From Marinilabiliaceae bacterium (GTDB lineage Bacteria > Bacteroidota > Bacteroidia > Bacteroidales > Marinilabiliaceae), in contig JBNKGY010000001.1 in assembly GCA_050290065.1 (NCBI GenBank), forward strand, positions 16,103 through 80,102: a DNA stretch of 64,000 bases, written 5' to 3'. This document shows, in pieces, positions 10,052-21,735 of this stretch (position 1 is its first letter; each line of letters starts with the position of its first letter). Made by a program: the position numbers and the translations under genes. The notes under the pieces were generated by a model. The model saw only the letters and a list, made by a program, of their open reading frames with translations, searched no databases and was not told the origin of the DNA.

Positions 10052-10059
10052 TACCTTTG
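10052..10059 (+). promoter_or_regulatory. Bacteroidota -7 promoter element
   Basis: TACCTTTG about 28 nt upstream of the cytidylyltransferase ATG. Confidence 0.6.
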
Positions 10060-10087
10060 TTGATTATTTATAAAAAGATATCAAAAA

Positions 10088-10582
10088 ATGGGGAAAGGTA
10101 AAAAGCAAATTATTGTTTATACATCAGGAACGTTTGACATGTTTCATAGTAATCACTTAAAAATGATTAATTATGCCAAAGGTTTAGGAAATGTTTTAAT
10201 AGTTGGCGTGAGTACCGATGAATTGGTTAGCTCCTATAAAGCTCCCCCTATTGTTCCTTTTGAGGAAAGATTGGCCATTGTTGAAGGATTAAAAGCGCCG
10301 GATATTGTTATTCCACAAAGGTCTTTAGACCATAAAGAAATTGTAAAAAAACTGCATATAGATATTTTTGTAGTTGGTGATGATTGGACTGGAAAATATG
10401 ATTATCTGGAAGAATTTGGAGTAAAAGTATTTTATTTTCCATACGGTGCAGGAACCAGTTCCACCATTCTAAAAAAGAAAATTTATGAAAGTTATTCCAA
10501 AATTAAAAAGAGAATAGATAACCATGATAATCCTGATATAGTTGCAAAAAATGTTGAAGAAGAAAGTTCTGATAACAATTAA
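10088..10582 (+). CDS. Glycerol-3-phosphate (alditol-phosphate) cytidylyltransferase, TagD-like
   Basis: YTSGTFDMFHSNH (HxGH variant), VGVSTDE, FEER, VVGDDW.GK.D.L, SST. Confidence 0.85.
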   Translation: MGKGKKQIIVYTSGTFDMFHSNHLKMINYAKGLGNVLIVGVSTDELVSSYKAPPIVPFEERLAIVEGLKAPDIVIPQRSLDHKEIVKKLHIDIFVVGDDWTGKYDYLEEFGVKVFYFPYGAGTSSTILKKKIYESYSKIKKRIDNHDNPDIVAKNVEEESSDNN

Positions 10583-10684
10583 TATTATTCAGGATTTTTC
10601 ATCTTACAGTAAAACCGTAAATAAGTCAACTACCATTTTCTGTTTTTATTGCAATCAGAAATCAATTTAAAATATTTTATAAGC

Positions 10685-11410
10685 ATGAAATACGCTTTCG
10701 TTACCGGATCTACAAAAGGAATTGGTAAAGCTATAGGTAAAAAACTACTTCGTGAAGGGTACCATGTGGTATTCAATTATAATAGTTCAGTTAAAGATGC
10801 ACAGTCATTAGAATCTGATTTAAATCAAAATTATTATGGAAAATTTGACATTTTACAGGCTGATATGTCAGATATCAGTAATGTAGACAGCATTTCAAAT
10901 GACATTAAGAATTTAGTTTCACATCTTGACTTAGTTGTATTTAATGCAGGATTAACTGACAGGTCGGCATTTGGAGAAATAAAGCCAGATGATTGGCTGA
11001 AAGTTTTTAATGCGAACCTTAACGTTCCATTCTTTTTAATGCAATCATTAATTTCATGTATTAAGCCAAAAGGTAATATTGTATTTATTGGTTCAATGCT
11101 TGGTAATTTACCACATTCCGTATCTATTTCATATGGAGTTAGTAAAAGTGCCATTCATTCTTTAGTTCAAAATATGGTTAAGTTTTTATCTAAGGATGAG
11201 ATTAGAATAAATGGTATTGCTCCTGGTTTTGTGGATACAGATTGGCAAAAAGAAAAGCCTGAATGGTTACGTGAAAAAATAAAGGGTAAAGTAGCGTTAA
11301 AGCGTTTTGCTCATGAAGATGAAGTAGCTGATTTGTGTTATCAAATAACTCAAAATGAATATTTAACAGGTCAGATTATTCAATTGGATGGTGGCTATAA
11401 CTGCGAATAG
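10685..11410 (+). CDS. Short-chain dehydrogenase/reductase (FabG-like)
   Basis: TGSTKGIG, NAG, YGVSK (YxxxK), PGFVDT. Confidence 0.88.
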   Translation: MKYAFVTGSTKGIGKAIGKKLLREGYHVVFNYNSSVKDAQSLESDLNQNYYGKFDILQADMSDISNVDSISNDIKNLVSHLDLVVFNAGLTDRSAFGEIKPDDWLKVFNANLNVPFFLMQSLISCIKPKGNIVFIGSMLGNLPHSVSISYGVSKSAIHSLVQNMVKFLSKDEIRINGIAPGFVDTDWQKEKPEWLREKIKGKVALKRFAHEDEVADLCYQITQNEYLTGQIIQLDGGYNCE

Positions 11411-11417
11411 AATTTGA

Positions 11418-11433
11418 AGGAGAAATATCTCCT
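11418..11433. terminator. Weak hairpin between convergent genes
   Basis: AGGAGA-AATA-TCTCCT stem-loop followed by T-rich sequence. Confidence 0.3.
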
Positions 11434-11441
11434 CCATTTTA

Positions 11442-12539
11442 TTATTTTTTACCATAATATTTTTGCATAACATCTACCATTCTTACAGAAACCTTTCCGT
11501 CAACAGGTCCTATTATTTCTTTGGTATATTCCATCCGTTTCTGATGGTTTTTTTCAGGATTATTTAATTCTGAAATGACTGTTTTTTTCAGATTTTTGTA
11601 TTTCCAAACGTTTTCTCCAATATCCCTAAATTGATTCATGGCACCTTCCATGCGTTTATTGAATTTGTAGCGACCAAATAAACGATAGGATAAACGTAAG
11701 TGGATAAATCGATTGCAAATAACAGGTTTATCTAAAGCAGCAAATTCAAATACAACTGACGATTCATCCGATATTAGTAAGTCTGAAATGGCATAAAATG
11801 GGGCAATATTATAATCCTCAAAACCTGCAAAATACACATTAGTATACTGTTGCCACTTTTTAAATTTTTTTCGTTGTGTCTTATATTTTTTTCGCAAATA
11901 GCTGTAATAGTGTGGCTTAATAACGAGATTGAAGTCCTTAAATTCATCAGGAAATTTAACAGACATATTTTCAATTGAGCTTGGGTAAAATGTGGGCGCA
12001 TACAGTAATGTGGGCTTATTAATGTCAAGCCCCATTTTTTTAAGGAGTTGTTTTTTCATGTCAGATGTATACCTAAATACATCATCTAGTTTTGAAAAGC
12101 CAACATTTTCCCAAATTGTTTTCGCCTCAGGATATAGTTCTTTTAATCTACGAAGTCTGAATTCACCTTCGATAAACCGGATATCAAAGCGGTTTTTTTC
12201 TTCGGTAAAGGCACTAACTTTGGTACCAATACCATGTACAATGAGTACTTTTTGTTGATGTGGTAAATTTGTTTCCGGGTAGTTATCACCTCCACAAATA
12301 AGGTATTCAGATGTGCTATGCTGCAGTCCCTTCTCTCCTACTTGATACGGAATCTCTTCCCTTTCGCAAACATTGATTATTGATTCGTTTTGATTAAATA
12401 TGTCTCTTTTACTACTTTCAAGAATTACGAATAAATAAGGTAGTTTTCTTTTTTCTAATTCTCTGGCAACAGGTAAAAACTGTGGAATATAGTATAGATG
12501 TTCGGTATAGAAAATTGCAAAATAATGAGTTGAATGCAT
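11442..12539 (-). CDS. Second CDP-glycerol glycerophosphotransferase-family protein
   Basis: LIVHGIG, VGFSKLD, TLLYAPTF, VIKPH, LLISDESSVVFEFAALDKPVI. Confidence 0.85.
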   Translation of the reverse strand: MHSTHYFAIFYTEHLYYIPQFLPVARELEKRKLPYLFVILESSKRDIFNQNESIINVCEREEIPYQVGEKGLQHSTSEYLICGGDNYPETNLPHQQKVLIVHGIGTKVSAFTEEKNRFDIRFIEGEFRLRRLKELYPEAKTIWENVGFSKLDDVFRYTSDMKKQLLKKMGLDINKPTLLYAPTFYPSSIENMSVKFPDEFKDFNLVIKPHYYSYLRKKYKTQRKKFKKWQQYTNVYFAGFEDYNIAPFYAISDLLISDESSVVFEFAALDKPVICNRFIHLRLSYRLFGRYKFNKRMEGAMNQFRDIGENVWKYKNLKKTVISELNNPEKNHQKRMEYTKEIIGPVDGKVSVRMVDVMQKYYGKK

Positions 12540-12590
12540 AGGTATTTGTTTAATTCAGATAAAAAATATTGAATTCAATTCAATTTTGAG

Positions 12591-12598
12591 CAAATATA
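12591..12598 (-). promoter_or_regulatory. Bacteroidota -7 promoter element
   Basis: Minus strand TATATTTG, upstream of the 11442-12539 gene. Confidence 0.5.
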
Positions 12599-12736
12599 AG
12601 TATAGCTCACCATAAAATTTAATGAATTAAAATAAAGCTTACTTGAGGTGTCTAACCAGAAACAAGATTATGCTAGGAATTTGTGAAAATATTGCTTCAG
12701 GGTACTATCTTAATAAAGCCATTGCACAATGTTCAT

Positions 12737-13507
12737 TTAATCTTCTTTCTCGCCTCTTATTTTTCTTTTTAATTCAGCTTTGCGATTTATTTTTGCTTTG
12801 TGTTCTTTATCAAATTGAATGAGCATTTTTACGGCCTCCTCTTCATCTCTATTATTAATATTAGCATATTCACGAGCTACCACTTCAAGTTCTTCTTCAT
12901 TGGCCCACATTTGTGCAAAATTCTTTAATCCTTTTAAATAAGGCATTTTTTCGAATCTCATTCTGTTAATATCTACAACGCTAAAATTGTATTTAGCGTG
13001 ATTAGTTTTAGAAATTAAGATATTTCCTCTGGAGTAGTCTAAATGGTGAATTCCGTTTTTATGAAGTTTCTCAAATGTAAAATCTGTAAATTGTTTTAAG
13101 ATATTTTCCTTGTTATCGAATTCGAAGCCTATTAAATCACGAATCGTAAAATCGTATGGATGATGAATACTAACATAATAACTTCGATTAAAAAGACCAT
13201 TTTTTAAAATTTCAACATAGGCAACCGGATCAGGTGTTTCAGCTCCCATACTTCTCATTTTTATCGCGTATTCAAAAGAATGGCGGGCTTTTGAGCCACG
13301 AAGCCATGCATAGGCTACTTTATTAATTAAATGTGGTATTTTAAAGGCTTTTACATTAAGTTTGATGTCATCGACGTCAATAACCTTTATTTCATTTCTC
13401 CCTTTATATATTGAATCTCCAATATTTTCAAAGTCTTCATGTAGATGATTAATAAAGTTATTTAGATTTTTATATTTTGGATTAATATGTATTCTCATTT
13501 GTTGCAT
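12737..13507 (-). CDS. LPS/Kdo kinase-like protein (InaA/WaaP/KdkA family)
   Basis: SKARHSFEYA, P.PVAY.E, catalytic HLDYSRGNILI and VDINRM. Confidence 0.75.
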   Translation of the reverse strand: MQQMRIHINPKYKNLNNFINHLHEDFENIGDSIYKGRNEIKVIDVDDIKLNVKAFKIPHLINKVAYAWLRGSKARHSFEYAIKMRSMGAETPDPVAYVEILKNGLFNRSYYVSIHHPYDFTIRDLIGFEFDNKENILKQFTDFTFEKLHKNGIHHLDYSRGNILISKTNHAKYNFSVVDINRMRFEKMPYLKGLKNFAQMWANEEELEVVAREYANINNRDEEEAVKMLIQFDKEHKAKINRKAELKRKIRGEKED

Positions 13508-13519
13508 TTTTTAACGGGA

Positions 13520-13527
13520 CAAATATA
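13520..13527 (-). promoter_or_regulatory. Bacteroidota -7 promoter element
   Basis: Minus strand TATATTTG, just upstream of the kinase gene. Confidence 0.55.
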
Positions 13528-13575
13528 AAGTAAAAACCAAACTGAATATAATCCATTCATTCGATTATTTAATGA

Positions 13576-14595
13576 CTATTTTATTGAGAATACGCTTTCA
13601 TTTTTTTTAATTTCCTTAACAATACTTTCCGGAGTTATATCGACCAAACATTTTTTTATTTCTTTCAATTTACATTTGGTATCTCCATGTTTACTGCATG
13701 GTTGACAAGGTAAACCCATTTCAAAAATTTTCATATTTTCTCCCGTAGGATAACCAAAAGCAGTAGGACCTATAATTGCACAACCCGGTATATTAAACAG
13801 ATCAGCTGCATGTAAAAAGCCGGTATCACCACTTACTACATATTTAGATTGAGCAGTCACACAAAAACTTTCGAGTAATGAAGTTTTGCCTGCAAGATTA
13901 ACTACACGTGACGGATCTGCTTTTACAATATCTTCACAGAAATGGTCTGTTGGACCAGCCAATATGGTAAAGTGATAACCTGGTAAAAGTGTCACTAACT
14001 TTTTCCAATAATCTATCGGCCATCTTTTTAATTCCCAAGCAGCTGAAGGAACCAATGTTATTGTTTTCTCAGGTTGACCTTTAAGTAATTTTAAACACTT
14101 ATTTTCTGTTTCGGTTGGAAATTTCCAGTTATCATGAGGCGTGAAGAAATTACTAATATTCCATTTTCGCAGTGGTTTTCTGAATGATTCAAAAGCTCTG
14201 AATGGCTTTGGTAATAGGTTAATTCTGAATTTAAATAATAAAAACCTTTTAAATCTGTCTTTTCTTCGAATAATTAATTGTTTTCCAATACCAAAGGGAC
14301 AAAGTATAATTTTAAGGATATTAGAACGAATATTGCTATGCGCATCATAAATATGTGTATATCCTTCCTTTCTTAATTTAAATGCTAATTTAATAAGGCC
14401 TAACATGCCTTGCTTTCGATCAAATTCAATTAACTGATCTATTCTGGGATCAATCTTTAGTAATGAAGCTAAATCCGAACGAACAATCCAATGTATTTCA
14501 CTTTTGGGATGATGATTTTTAAATCCACCTGTGACAGACATGCATTGGATTATATCCCCAATAGAGCTTAATCGAATAATTAGTATTTTTTTCAA
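13576..14595 (-). CDS. Glycosyltransferase family 9 (heptosyltransferase-like)
   Basis: ILIIRLSSIGD, PSAAWELKRWP, LAGKTSL, VSGDTGFLHAA, CQPCSKHG...C. Confidence 0.88.
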   Translation of the reverse strand: MKKILIIRLSSIGDIIQCMSVTGGFKNHHPKSEIHWIVRSDLASLLKIDPRIDQLIEFDRKQGMLGLIKLAFKLRKEGYTHIYDAHSNIRSNILKIILCPFGIGKQLIIRRKDRFKRFLLFKFRINLLPKPFRAFESFRKPLRKWNISNFFTPHDNWKFPTETENKCLKLLKGQPEKTITLVPSAAWELKRWPIDYWKKLVTLLPGYHFTILAGPTDHFCEDIVKADPSRVVNLAGKTSLLESFCVTAQSKYVVSGDTGFLHAADLFNIPGCAIIGPTAFGYPTGENMKIFEMGLPCQPCSKHGDTKCKLKEIKKCLVDITPESIVKEIKKNESVFSIK

Positions 14596-14667
14596 ATTGA
14601 TGGGTATTAAAACAAAAAACCATTATCAAACAGATAACGGTTTTTCATTTGATTTTATAATTTTAAA

Positions 14668-14922
14668 CTATTTAGATATCGATCCTAAAAGTACAGTTGC
14701 TTTGTTGTTAATGCATTCAAAAGTTCCATTCTCGCATTCAAAAAAGCTTTCCTTACCATTTTTACCGATAACTCGTATTTTTCCTTTAACAAGCTTTGAA
14801 ACTATTGCAGCATGATTTTTCAACACGGTAAAACTTCCATTAATACCTGGTAATTGAATCAAGCCCACATCACCAGAGTACAATATATTTTCAGGTGTAA
14901 TTATTTCTAAATTTAAATCCAT
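14668..14922 (-). CDS. atpC: ATP synthase epsilon subunit (short, N-terminal domain only)
   Basis: LEIITPE..LYSG.V..IQLPG..GSF.VL.NHA.IVS.L..G; immediately after atpD. Confidence 0.9.
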   Translation of the reverse strand: MDLNLEIITPENILYSGDVGLIQLPGINGSFTVLKNHAAIVSKLVKGKIRVIGKNGKESFFECENGTFECINNKATVLLGSISK

Positions 14923-14924
14923 GG

Positions 14925-16451
<1,527 letters not shown>

Positions 16452-16490
16452 TTATGAATTGGGCAAAAGTTACAAATAATTTTAAAAGTA

Positions 16491-17465
16491 CTAATTGTTT
16501 CGTTGCATAAGTTTTGTTGCAAAATTCATTAGTTCTTTTTTAGTTTCCTCATTTCCATTGATTTGGATTAGGTGTTCCATGGCTAAATTAAAATACTCGT
16601 CCATAAGGTTATGTGATTTTTTATCGACAGCATTATTAATATATATGGATTTTACGTTTGCTATTTTTTCCTGATCATTAAAGTTTTCGGCGTTTATCCA
16701 ATATTTTAGTTCATCCGTGTCTTCTTTTGAGGAATTATTTAAAGCAGTAATAAGTAAGTATGTTTTTTTATTACATAAAATATCTCCGCCAATTTTTTTT
16801 CCAAATGTATCCTGTTGTCCAAATGTATCCAGGTAATCATCTTGTAATTGAAATGCTAAACCAATGTTAATTCCGAATTGATAGATTAGCTCTGCTTCCT
16901 CACTTGATGCATTTGCTAATATAGCTCCAAGCTTCAGACTTCCAGCCAGTAATATTGCTGTTTTAAGTCGTATCATTTCCAGATATTCCTCTATTGTTAC
17001 GTCTAATCTGTTCTCAAAATCCATATCATATTGTTGTCCTTCGCAAACACCAATAGCTACATCGTTAAATAACTGTAATACTTCTTTTAAATTTGAGGTG
17101 TTACATTGTGAAATGTATTGATAGGCATTAATTAACATAGCATCTCCAGACAGAATGCCAACATTATTATTCCATTTTTTATGGACAGTTGGTTTATTTC
17201 TTCTTACTTCAGCATTGTCCATAATATCATCATGTAACAAAGTGAAATTATGAAATATCTCGAGTCCGATAGCTGGTTTTACAGCTTCCTGTGTATCTCC
17301 ATTAAATAGTTGAACAGCTAATAAACATAGTAGAGGTCTTATTCTTTTACCCCCCATTGACATAGTATACTCAATGGGTTCGTATAAATTAATAGGATTC
17401 TTTATAAATACCGATTGTTCAATTTCTGTGTTAATTAAACTTTGGAGATTCTGAATATCTGACAT
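16491..17465 (-). CDS. Polyprenyl diphosphate synthase (IspA/GGPPS-like)
   Basis: GGKRIRP, LHDDIMD..R, GQQYD, KTA, FQLQDDYLD. Confidence 0.92.
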   Translation of the reverse strand: MSDIQNLQSLINTEIEQSVFIKNPINLYEPIEYTMSMGGKRIRPLLCLLAVQLFNGDTQEAVKPAIGLEIFHNFTLLHDDIMDNAEVRRNKPTVHKKWNNNVGILSGDAMLINAYQYISQCNTSNLKEVLQLFNDVAIGVCEGQQYDMDFENRLDVTIEEYLEMIRLKTAILLAGSLKLGAILANASSEEAELIYQFGINIGLAFQLQDDYLDTFGQQDTFGKKIGGDILCNKKTYLLITALNNSSKEDTDELKYWINAENFNDQEKIANVKSIYINNAVDKKSHNLMDEYFNLAMEHLIQINGNEETKKELMNFATKLMQRNN

Positions 17466-17469
17466 TTAT

Positions 17470-19863
17470 TTAATCTTTTGCTTTTGTTTCAATTTTTAAA
17501 TCGTCAATCTCAATATCTTCATCTTCATTATAAATGTGTAATAAAGGTTCTTTAAACGATTTATTTGTGATTTGCTTTTCAAGCGTAAGTAAAAGCGAAG
17601 GTAACAAAATTAAATTTGAGAACAGGGCAATCAATAATGTTACTGCTACTAACGTGCCCAAGGCCACTGTTCCTCCGAAATCAGAAAATCCAAAAATACC
17701 AAAACCAAAAAATAAAATAATGGAAGTATAGATCATACTTGTACCCGTTTCCTTTAGAGCTAATACAACAGCAGCTTTAATACTCCAGTTAGTTTCATCT
17801 AGTTCTTGTCTGTATTTTGCCAGATAATGGATAGTATCATCAACAGAAATTCCAAAGGCAATACTAAATACTAAAATAGTGGATGCTTTTATGGGTATTT
17901 CAAAATATCCCATTAATGCAGCAGTCATTATTAATGGTATTAAATTCGGTATCAGGGATACAATTACCATTCGTTTAGATGAAAACATCCAGGCCATGAA
18001 GGAGGCTATAAGTATGATGGCCAAAAATAAACTTACAAATAAGTTTTTTATCAGGTATTTTGTTCCTTTAAAAAATAATATGCTGGCTCCGGTTACTGAG
18101 GTATTATACCTTTCTGTTGGAAAGATTTCATTTAGTTCATTAATTACCATTTTATTAATATCAGACATCTTTGTTGTACCAACGTCTTTAATCCGAAAAC
18201 TCAATCTTGTTTTTTGACGCAGAGAATCAATGAATGTATTGATAATGTTCTTTTGATCACCCTCTTCATTAGATACATAGGATAATAAAAAATTACGTTC
18301 TTGATTACTCGGAATTCCGTAATATTTCTTATTCCCGTTATAAAATCCCTGTCGAGCAAATTTGACTACTTCTGATAATGATAACGCTTTGGAAATATCA
18401 GGATGCGATGAAATCTTTTCATGAAACCTGTCCATCCTTTTTAAATTACTTGATTTTAAAACACCATTAGGTTTTTGAGTATCAACCATAATTTCTAAAG
18501 GCATCAACCCATTAAAATTCTGTTCAAAGTATTTTAAATCAAGATATAAGGGGTTTTCATGTGGAATATCATCCAACATATATCCAGTTGTTTTAATATT
18601 TGAGATGCCGATTATTCCAAGTATAATAAGGATTCCTGTTGAAATGTAAACCGCACTTCTGTGATTCAAAGAGATATGAACAAGCTTGTCTACTATATGA
18701 TTTACAGATTTATTATTCAAGTGATTTAAGTGGCGTTCTTTAGGTACGGATAAAAAACTGAATATTATTGGAATAAGCAATATCGAAAGTATAAAAATAC
18801 CTATAATATTTATGGCGGCTATTATTCCAAATTCAACTAATATTTTACTACTGGTAAAGATAAAAGTTGCAAAACCTGAAGCAGTGGTAAGATTTGTTAA
18901 AAATGTAGCGTTACCAATTTTACAAATAACTCTTTGTAGTGCTTTAATTTTATTACCATGTTTTTTATATTCCTGATGGTATTTGTTGAGCAGAAATACT
19001 GAGTTAGGAATACCGATTACAATAATTAGCGGAGGTATCATGCCTGTTAAAATCGTAATTTTAAATCCAAACAATGCCTGTGTTCCAAGTGCCCAAATAA
19101 CAGCAATACCAACCACCAGCATTGAAAATATGACTACTTTAAAGGATCTGAAAAACAGGAAGATAATTATTGCTGTGATGCCAAGAGCCATGAGTATAAA
19201 CATATTCAATTCCTTCTTTATCATCTCTGCAGTGGTAACCCTTATATAGGGTAATCCTGAATAGTGCAAATTGTTTCCTGAAACAGTAGTATAATTATTA
19301 CCCACATTGATTATTTCCTTCATCAACTGAATCCTTTCCGGACTTTGCAATATATCTGGTTCCAGGGTGATTGCCATTAAGTACGTATGTGATTTTTTAT
19401 TATATAAATTATCTTCATAAAATGGAAGATCATAAAAAATTTGCTTGATTGAGTCAAGTTCAAATTGTGATGATATTTTATGACTAAACAGAGGTTCTAC
19501 TTCAAATCTCTTTTCTTCTTTATTTTTGTACAAATTATAGGATTCTGTAGCTGAAAGAACAGAACTTACACCCTTAATATTGGATAACTCTTTAGAAAAT
19601 TCAGTCCATATATTATAATGATCAAGTTTAAAAAAGTCTTTATCAGTTACTCCAATTACCATTAAATTTCCTTCATTTCCGAAGATTTTTTCAAAGTCAG
19701 TATATTCTATATATGCAGGATCATCCTCAGGTAATAAAGGAGCATATTGATATGACATTTGTACTTCTCGCGCTTTATAAGCCATAAATGACGTAATAAT
19801 TAATAAAAGCAAGAGAAATAAAATTCGGTTCCGCAGTATTGTTCTAGCAATGAAAATCCACAT
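17470..19863 (-). CDS. MMPL/RND-family transporter
   Basis: Two repeats of TM, periplasmic domain and 5 TM; GISVDDTIH and TNLTTASGF motifs. Confidence 0.85.
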   Translation of the reverse strand: MWIFIARTILRNRILFLLLLLIITSFMAYKAREVQMSYQYAPLLPEDDPAYIEYTDFEKIFGNEGNLMVIGVTDKDFFKLDHYNIWTEFSKELSNIKGVSSVLSATESYNLYKNKEEKRFEVEPLFSHKISSQFELDSIKQIFYDLPFYEDNLYNKKSHTYLMAITLEPDILQSPERIQLMKEIINVGNNYTTVSGNNLHYSGLPYIRVTTAEMIKKELNMFILMALGITAIIIFLFFRSFKVVIFSMLVVGIAVIWALGTQALFGFKITILTGMIPPLIIVIGIPNSVFLLNKYHQEYKKHGNKIKALQRVICKIGNATFLTNLTTASGFATFIFTSSKILVEFGIIAAINIIGIFILSILLIPIIFSFLSVPKERHLNHLNNKSVNHIVDKLVHISLNHRSAVYISTGILIILGIIGISNIKTTGYMLDDIPHENPLYLDLKYFEQNFNGLMPLEIMVDTQKPNGVLKSSNLKRMDRFHEKISSHPDISKALSLSEVVKFARQGFYNGNKKYYGIPSNQERNFLLSYVSNEEGDQKNIINTFIDSLRQKTRLSFRIKDVGTTKMSDINKMVINELNEIFPTERYNTSVTGASILFFKGTKYLIKNLFVSLFLAIILIASFMAWMFSSKRMVIVSLIPNLIPLIMTAALMGYFEIPIKASTILVFSIAFGISVDDTIHYLAKYRQELDETNWSIKAAVVLALKETGTSMIYTSIILFFGFGIFGFSDFGGTVALGTLVAVTLLIALFSNLILLPSLLLTLEKQITNKSFKEPLLHIYNEDEDIEIDDLKIETKAKD

Positions 19864-19925
19864 TTGATATTCAGTTATTTTTTGTGAAATCTATAAGTAA
19901 AAATTATTATAGGAAAAAGTTTGAG

Positions 19926-21023
19926 TTATATATCTGAAATAATGGTTGATGTTCCTTCTATTTCAATAAGACTTTCCTTATAAATATTTTCTGCCTTAAT
20001 AAAAATACAAGGTATATTAGGTAAAACGTCATTAATAATGTTTGAAGCTTTGATAAAATCCTTTTCTTTTTTAATGTATACTCTTAGGGTATTAAAATTA
20101 TCTTTAAAATTCTGATTCAATAGATTATCAACTCCATTTTCCTTTAAATTCTTATTGTCAATTATATTGAATAGATTATGAAAACATTTCATGGTTTGTT
20201 TTTCAATATCATTATGTTTTGAATCATCCTTTATGCCTGAAAACCAAATTGTTTTGTCATTATGTGATTCAATTAAAGTAGCATTTGATTCAGATTCCAG
20301 GGGACTCATATTTTGGTGGATTGCATCATCAATTGGATATGTATGTTTATTAGAACTATTAACTGCTATAAAATCTATTGTTGTTCCTCCAAAATTGCAA
20401 CTGATATTACTTGTTGTTGGAAATCCATTTTTAAATAGTGGTTTTTCGTAAAATAGCTCTTTAATCTGGTTAAATATCATAAAGTTCTGAACGGAGTCTC
20501 CATCAAATTTCGATGATGCTAAAATATTTGGTATATAATTCCATTGACGATAAATATGACCAAAATTCATATCCTCTGCCATTAATATTTGTTCAGCAAA
20601 GTCAAAAGCTCGTTGTGAGGCCATTAGTAAGGAGTTTTCATTAAACTGGATACCACCTGAAATAATTTCAGTACTTTCTTCGTCAGTTATAGTAACGTAA
20701 TGATGATTAAGTAGTGTTTTGTAGTTTATTTTTTTATCTGATTTGTTAATAGATTGGCATTCAATAATGATGTCGTCATTACTAAAGTTATCTTGAGAAA
20801 TAAAAGTTAATGCAGGAATTTCTTTATTGAAAATCATTTTTACAATATTTCTTATCTCATCAGAAATATTTGAAAATTCGTCTTGTTTATCAAAACCAAT
20901 AAAAAAATTAAGTTTTACTATTTTCTCCGTTTTACTATTCTTAATAATATTTTGTAAGGTATTCTGTATTCTATCTTCAATCAGATTCCCCTCCAACAAT
21001 TGAAATATCCTTGTGATTTTCAT
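19926..21023 (-). CDS. FkbO/Hyg5 chorismatase-like / RidA-fold repeat protein, apparently degenerate
   Basis: IYRQWNYIPNI, QNF..FN..K.LFY, final L.EIEG. ATG at 21023 chosen because the upstream GTG overlaps a -7 element. Confidence 0.55.
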   Translation of the reverse strand: MKITRIFQLLEGNLIEDRIQNTLQNIIKNSKTEKIVKLNFFIGFDKQDEFSNISDEIRNIVKMIFNKEIPALTFISQDNFSNDDIIIECQSINKSDKKINYKTLLNHHYVTITDEESTEIISGGIQFNENSLLMASQRAFDFAEQILMAEDMNFGHIYRQWNYIPNILASSKFDGDSVQNFMIFNQIKELFYEKPLFKNGFPTTSNISCNFGGTTIDFIAVNSSNKHTYPIDDAIHQNMSPLESESNATLIESHNDKTIWFSGIKDDSKHNDIEKQTMKCFHNLFNIIDNKNLKENGVDNLLNQNFKDNFNTLRVYIKKEKDFIKASNIINDVLPNIPCIFIKAENIYKESLIEIEGTSTIISDI

Positions 21024-21049
21024 GCCATTTTCATTAAATAAATTGGGCA

Positions 21050-21057
21050 CAAATTTA
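21050..21057 (-). promoter_or_regulatory. Bacteroidota -7 promoter element
   Basis: Minus strand TAAATTTG, 27 nt upstream of the ATG at 21023. Confidence 0.55.
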
Positions 21058-21206
21058 TGTCTTTTATCTTTTCCGTTCTACCAATCGTTAAGTTATTTTT
21101 TTTTGAGAATTGATTTTTCAACAATTTATAAACAAAAAAAGAAACCTATTATTAATAAACCCGTAACAAGTGGGAAGGAGAACAATTAATTTTATTGGAT
21201 AGTCTT

Positions 21207-21719
21207 ATGAAGAAAATATTAATATTTTTGTTTTTTTTGCTGGTTGTACCCAAAATTGGTTTTGGACAGGTTGAAAAGTATAAATCAGTGTTTACTTTAA
21301 ACTTTATTCGTTATATTGGCTGGCCGGAAGAGGCAAAACAAGGTGATTTTGTTATTGGAGTACTTAAAGAACCAGCCATTGCAGATTGGTTAGTTAAGCA
21401 ATCTGGAGGAAAAAAATTCGGGTATCAGAATGTTGTGATCAAAGAATTTAAGTCGGTAGAAGATGTTACAGATTGTCAGGTTTTATATATTTCATCGTAT
21501 ATTAACTTTTCCAGACATTCAGAAACAATATTAAGTAAATTGGGGAAAAGCTCATTAGTAATTACAGAAACAGAGGGTGCAACTAAACGTGGTGCTGTAA
21601 TTAATTTTGTAGTCAGAGAAAATAACCTGATGTTTGAAGTCCATGAAGCAAATGCTCAAAAACTTGGTTTAAGCATTAGTTCAAAATTATCAAATATGGC
21701 TGCGGCTATTAAGAAATAA
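21207..21719 (+). CDS. YfiR/HmsC-family (DUF4154-like) periplasmic protein
   Basis: Signal peptide; K..F.LNF.RYI.WP, F.IGV, CQVLYI, INFV......FEV....A...GLSISSKL. Confidence 0.8.
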   Translation: MKKILIFLFFLLVVPKIGFGQVEKYKSVFTLNFIRYIGWPEEAKQGDFVIGVLKEPAIADWLVKQSGGKKFGYQNVVIKEFKSVEDVTDCQVLYISSYINFSRHSETILSKLGKSSLVITETEGATKRGAVINFVVRENNLMFEVHEANAQKLGLSISSKLSNMAAAIKK

Positions 21720-21735
21720 TACTAAGTAAAGATCT

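Noticed and set aside
21171-21197. GGGAAGGAG Shine-Dalgarno-like sequence before the ORF-track TTG start of the yfiR-like gene
   Set aside because: Spacing is too long (14 nt), Bacteroidota rarely use SD sequences, and ATG 21207 gives a clean signal peptide.
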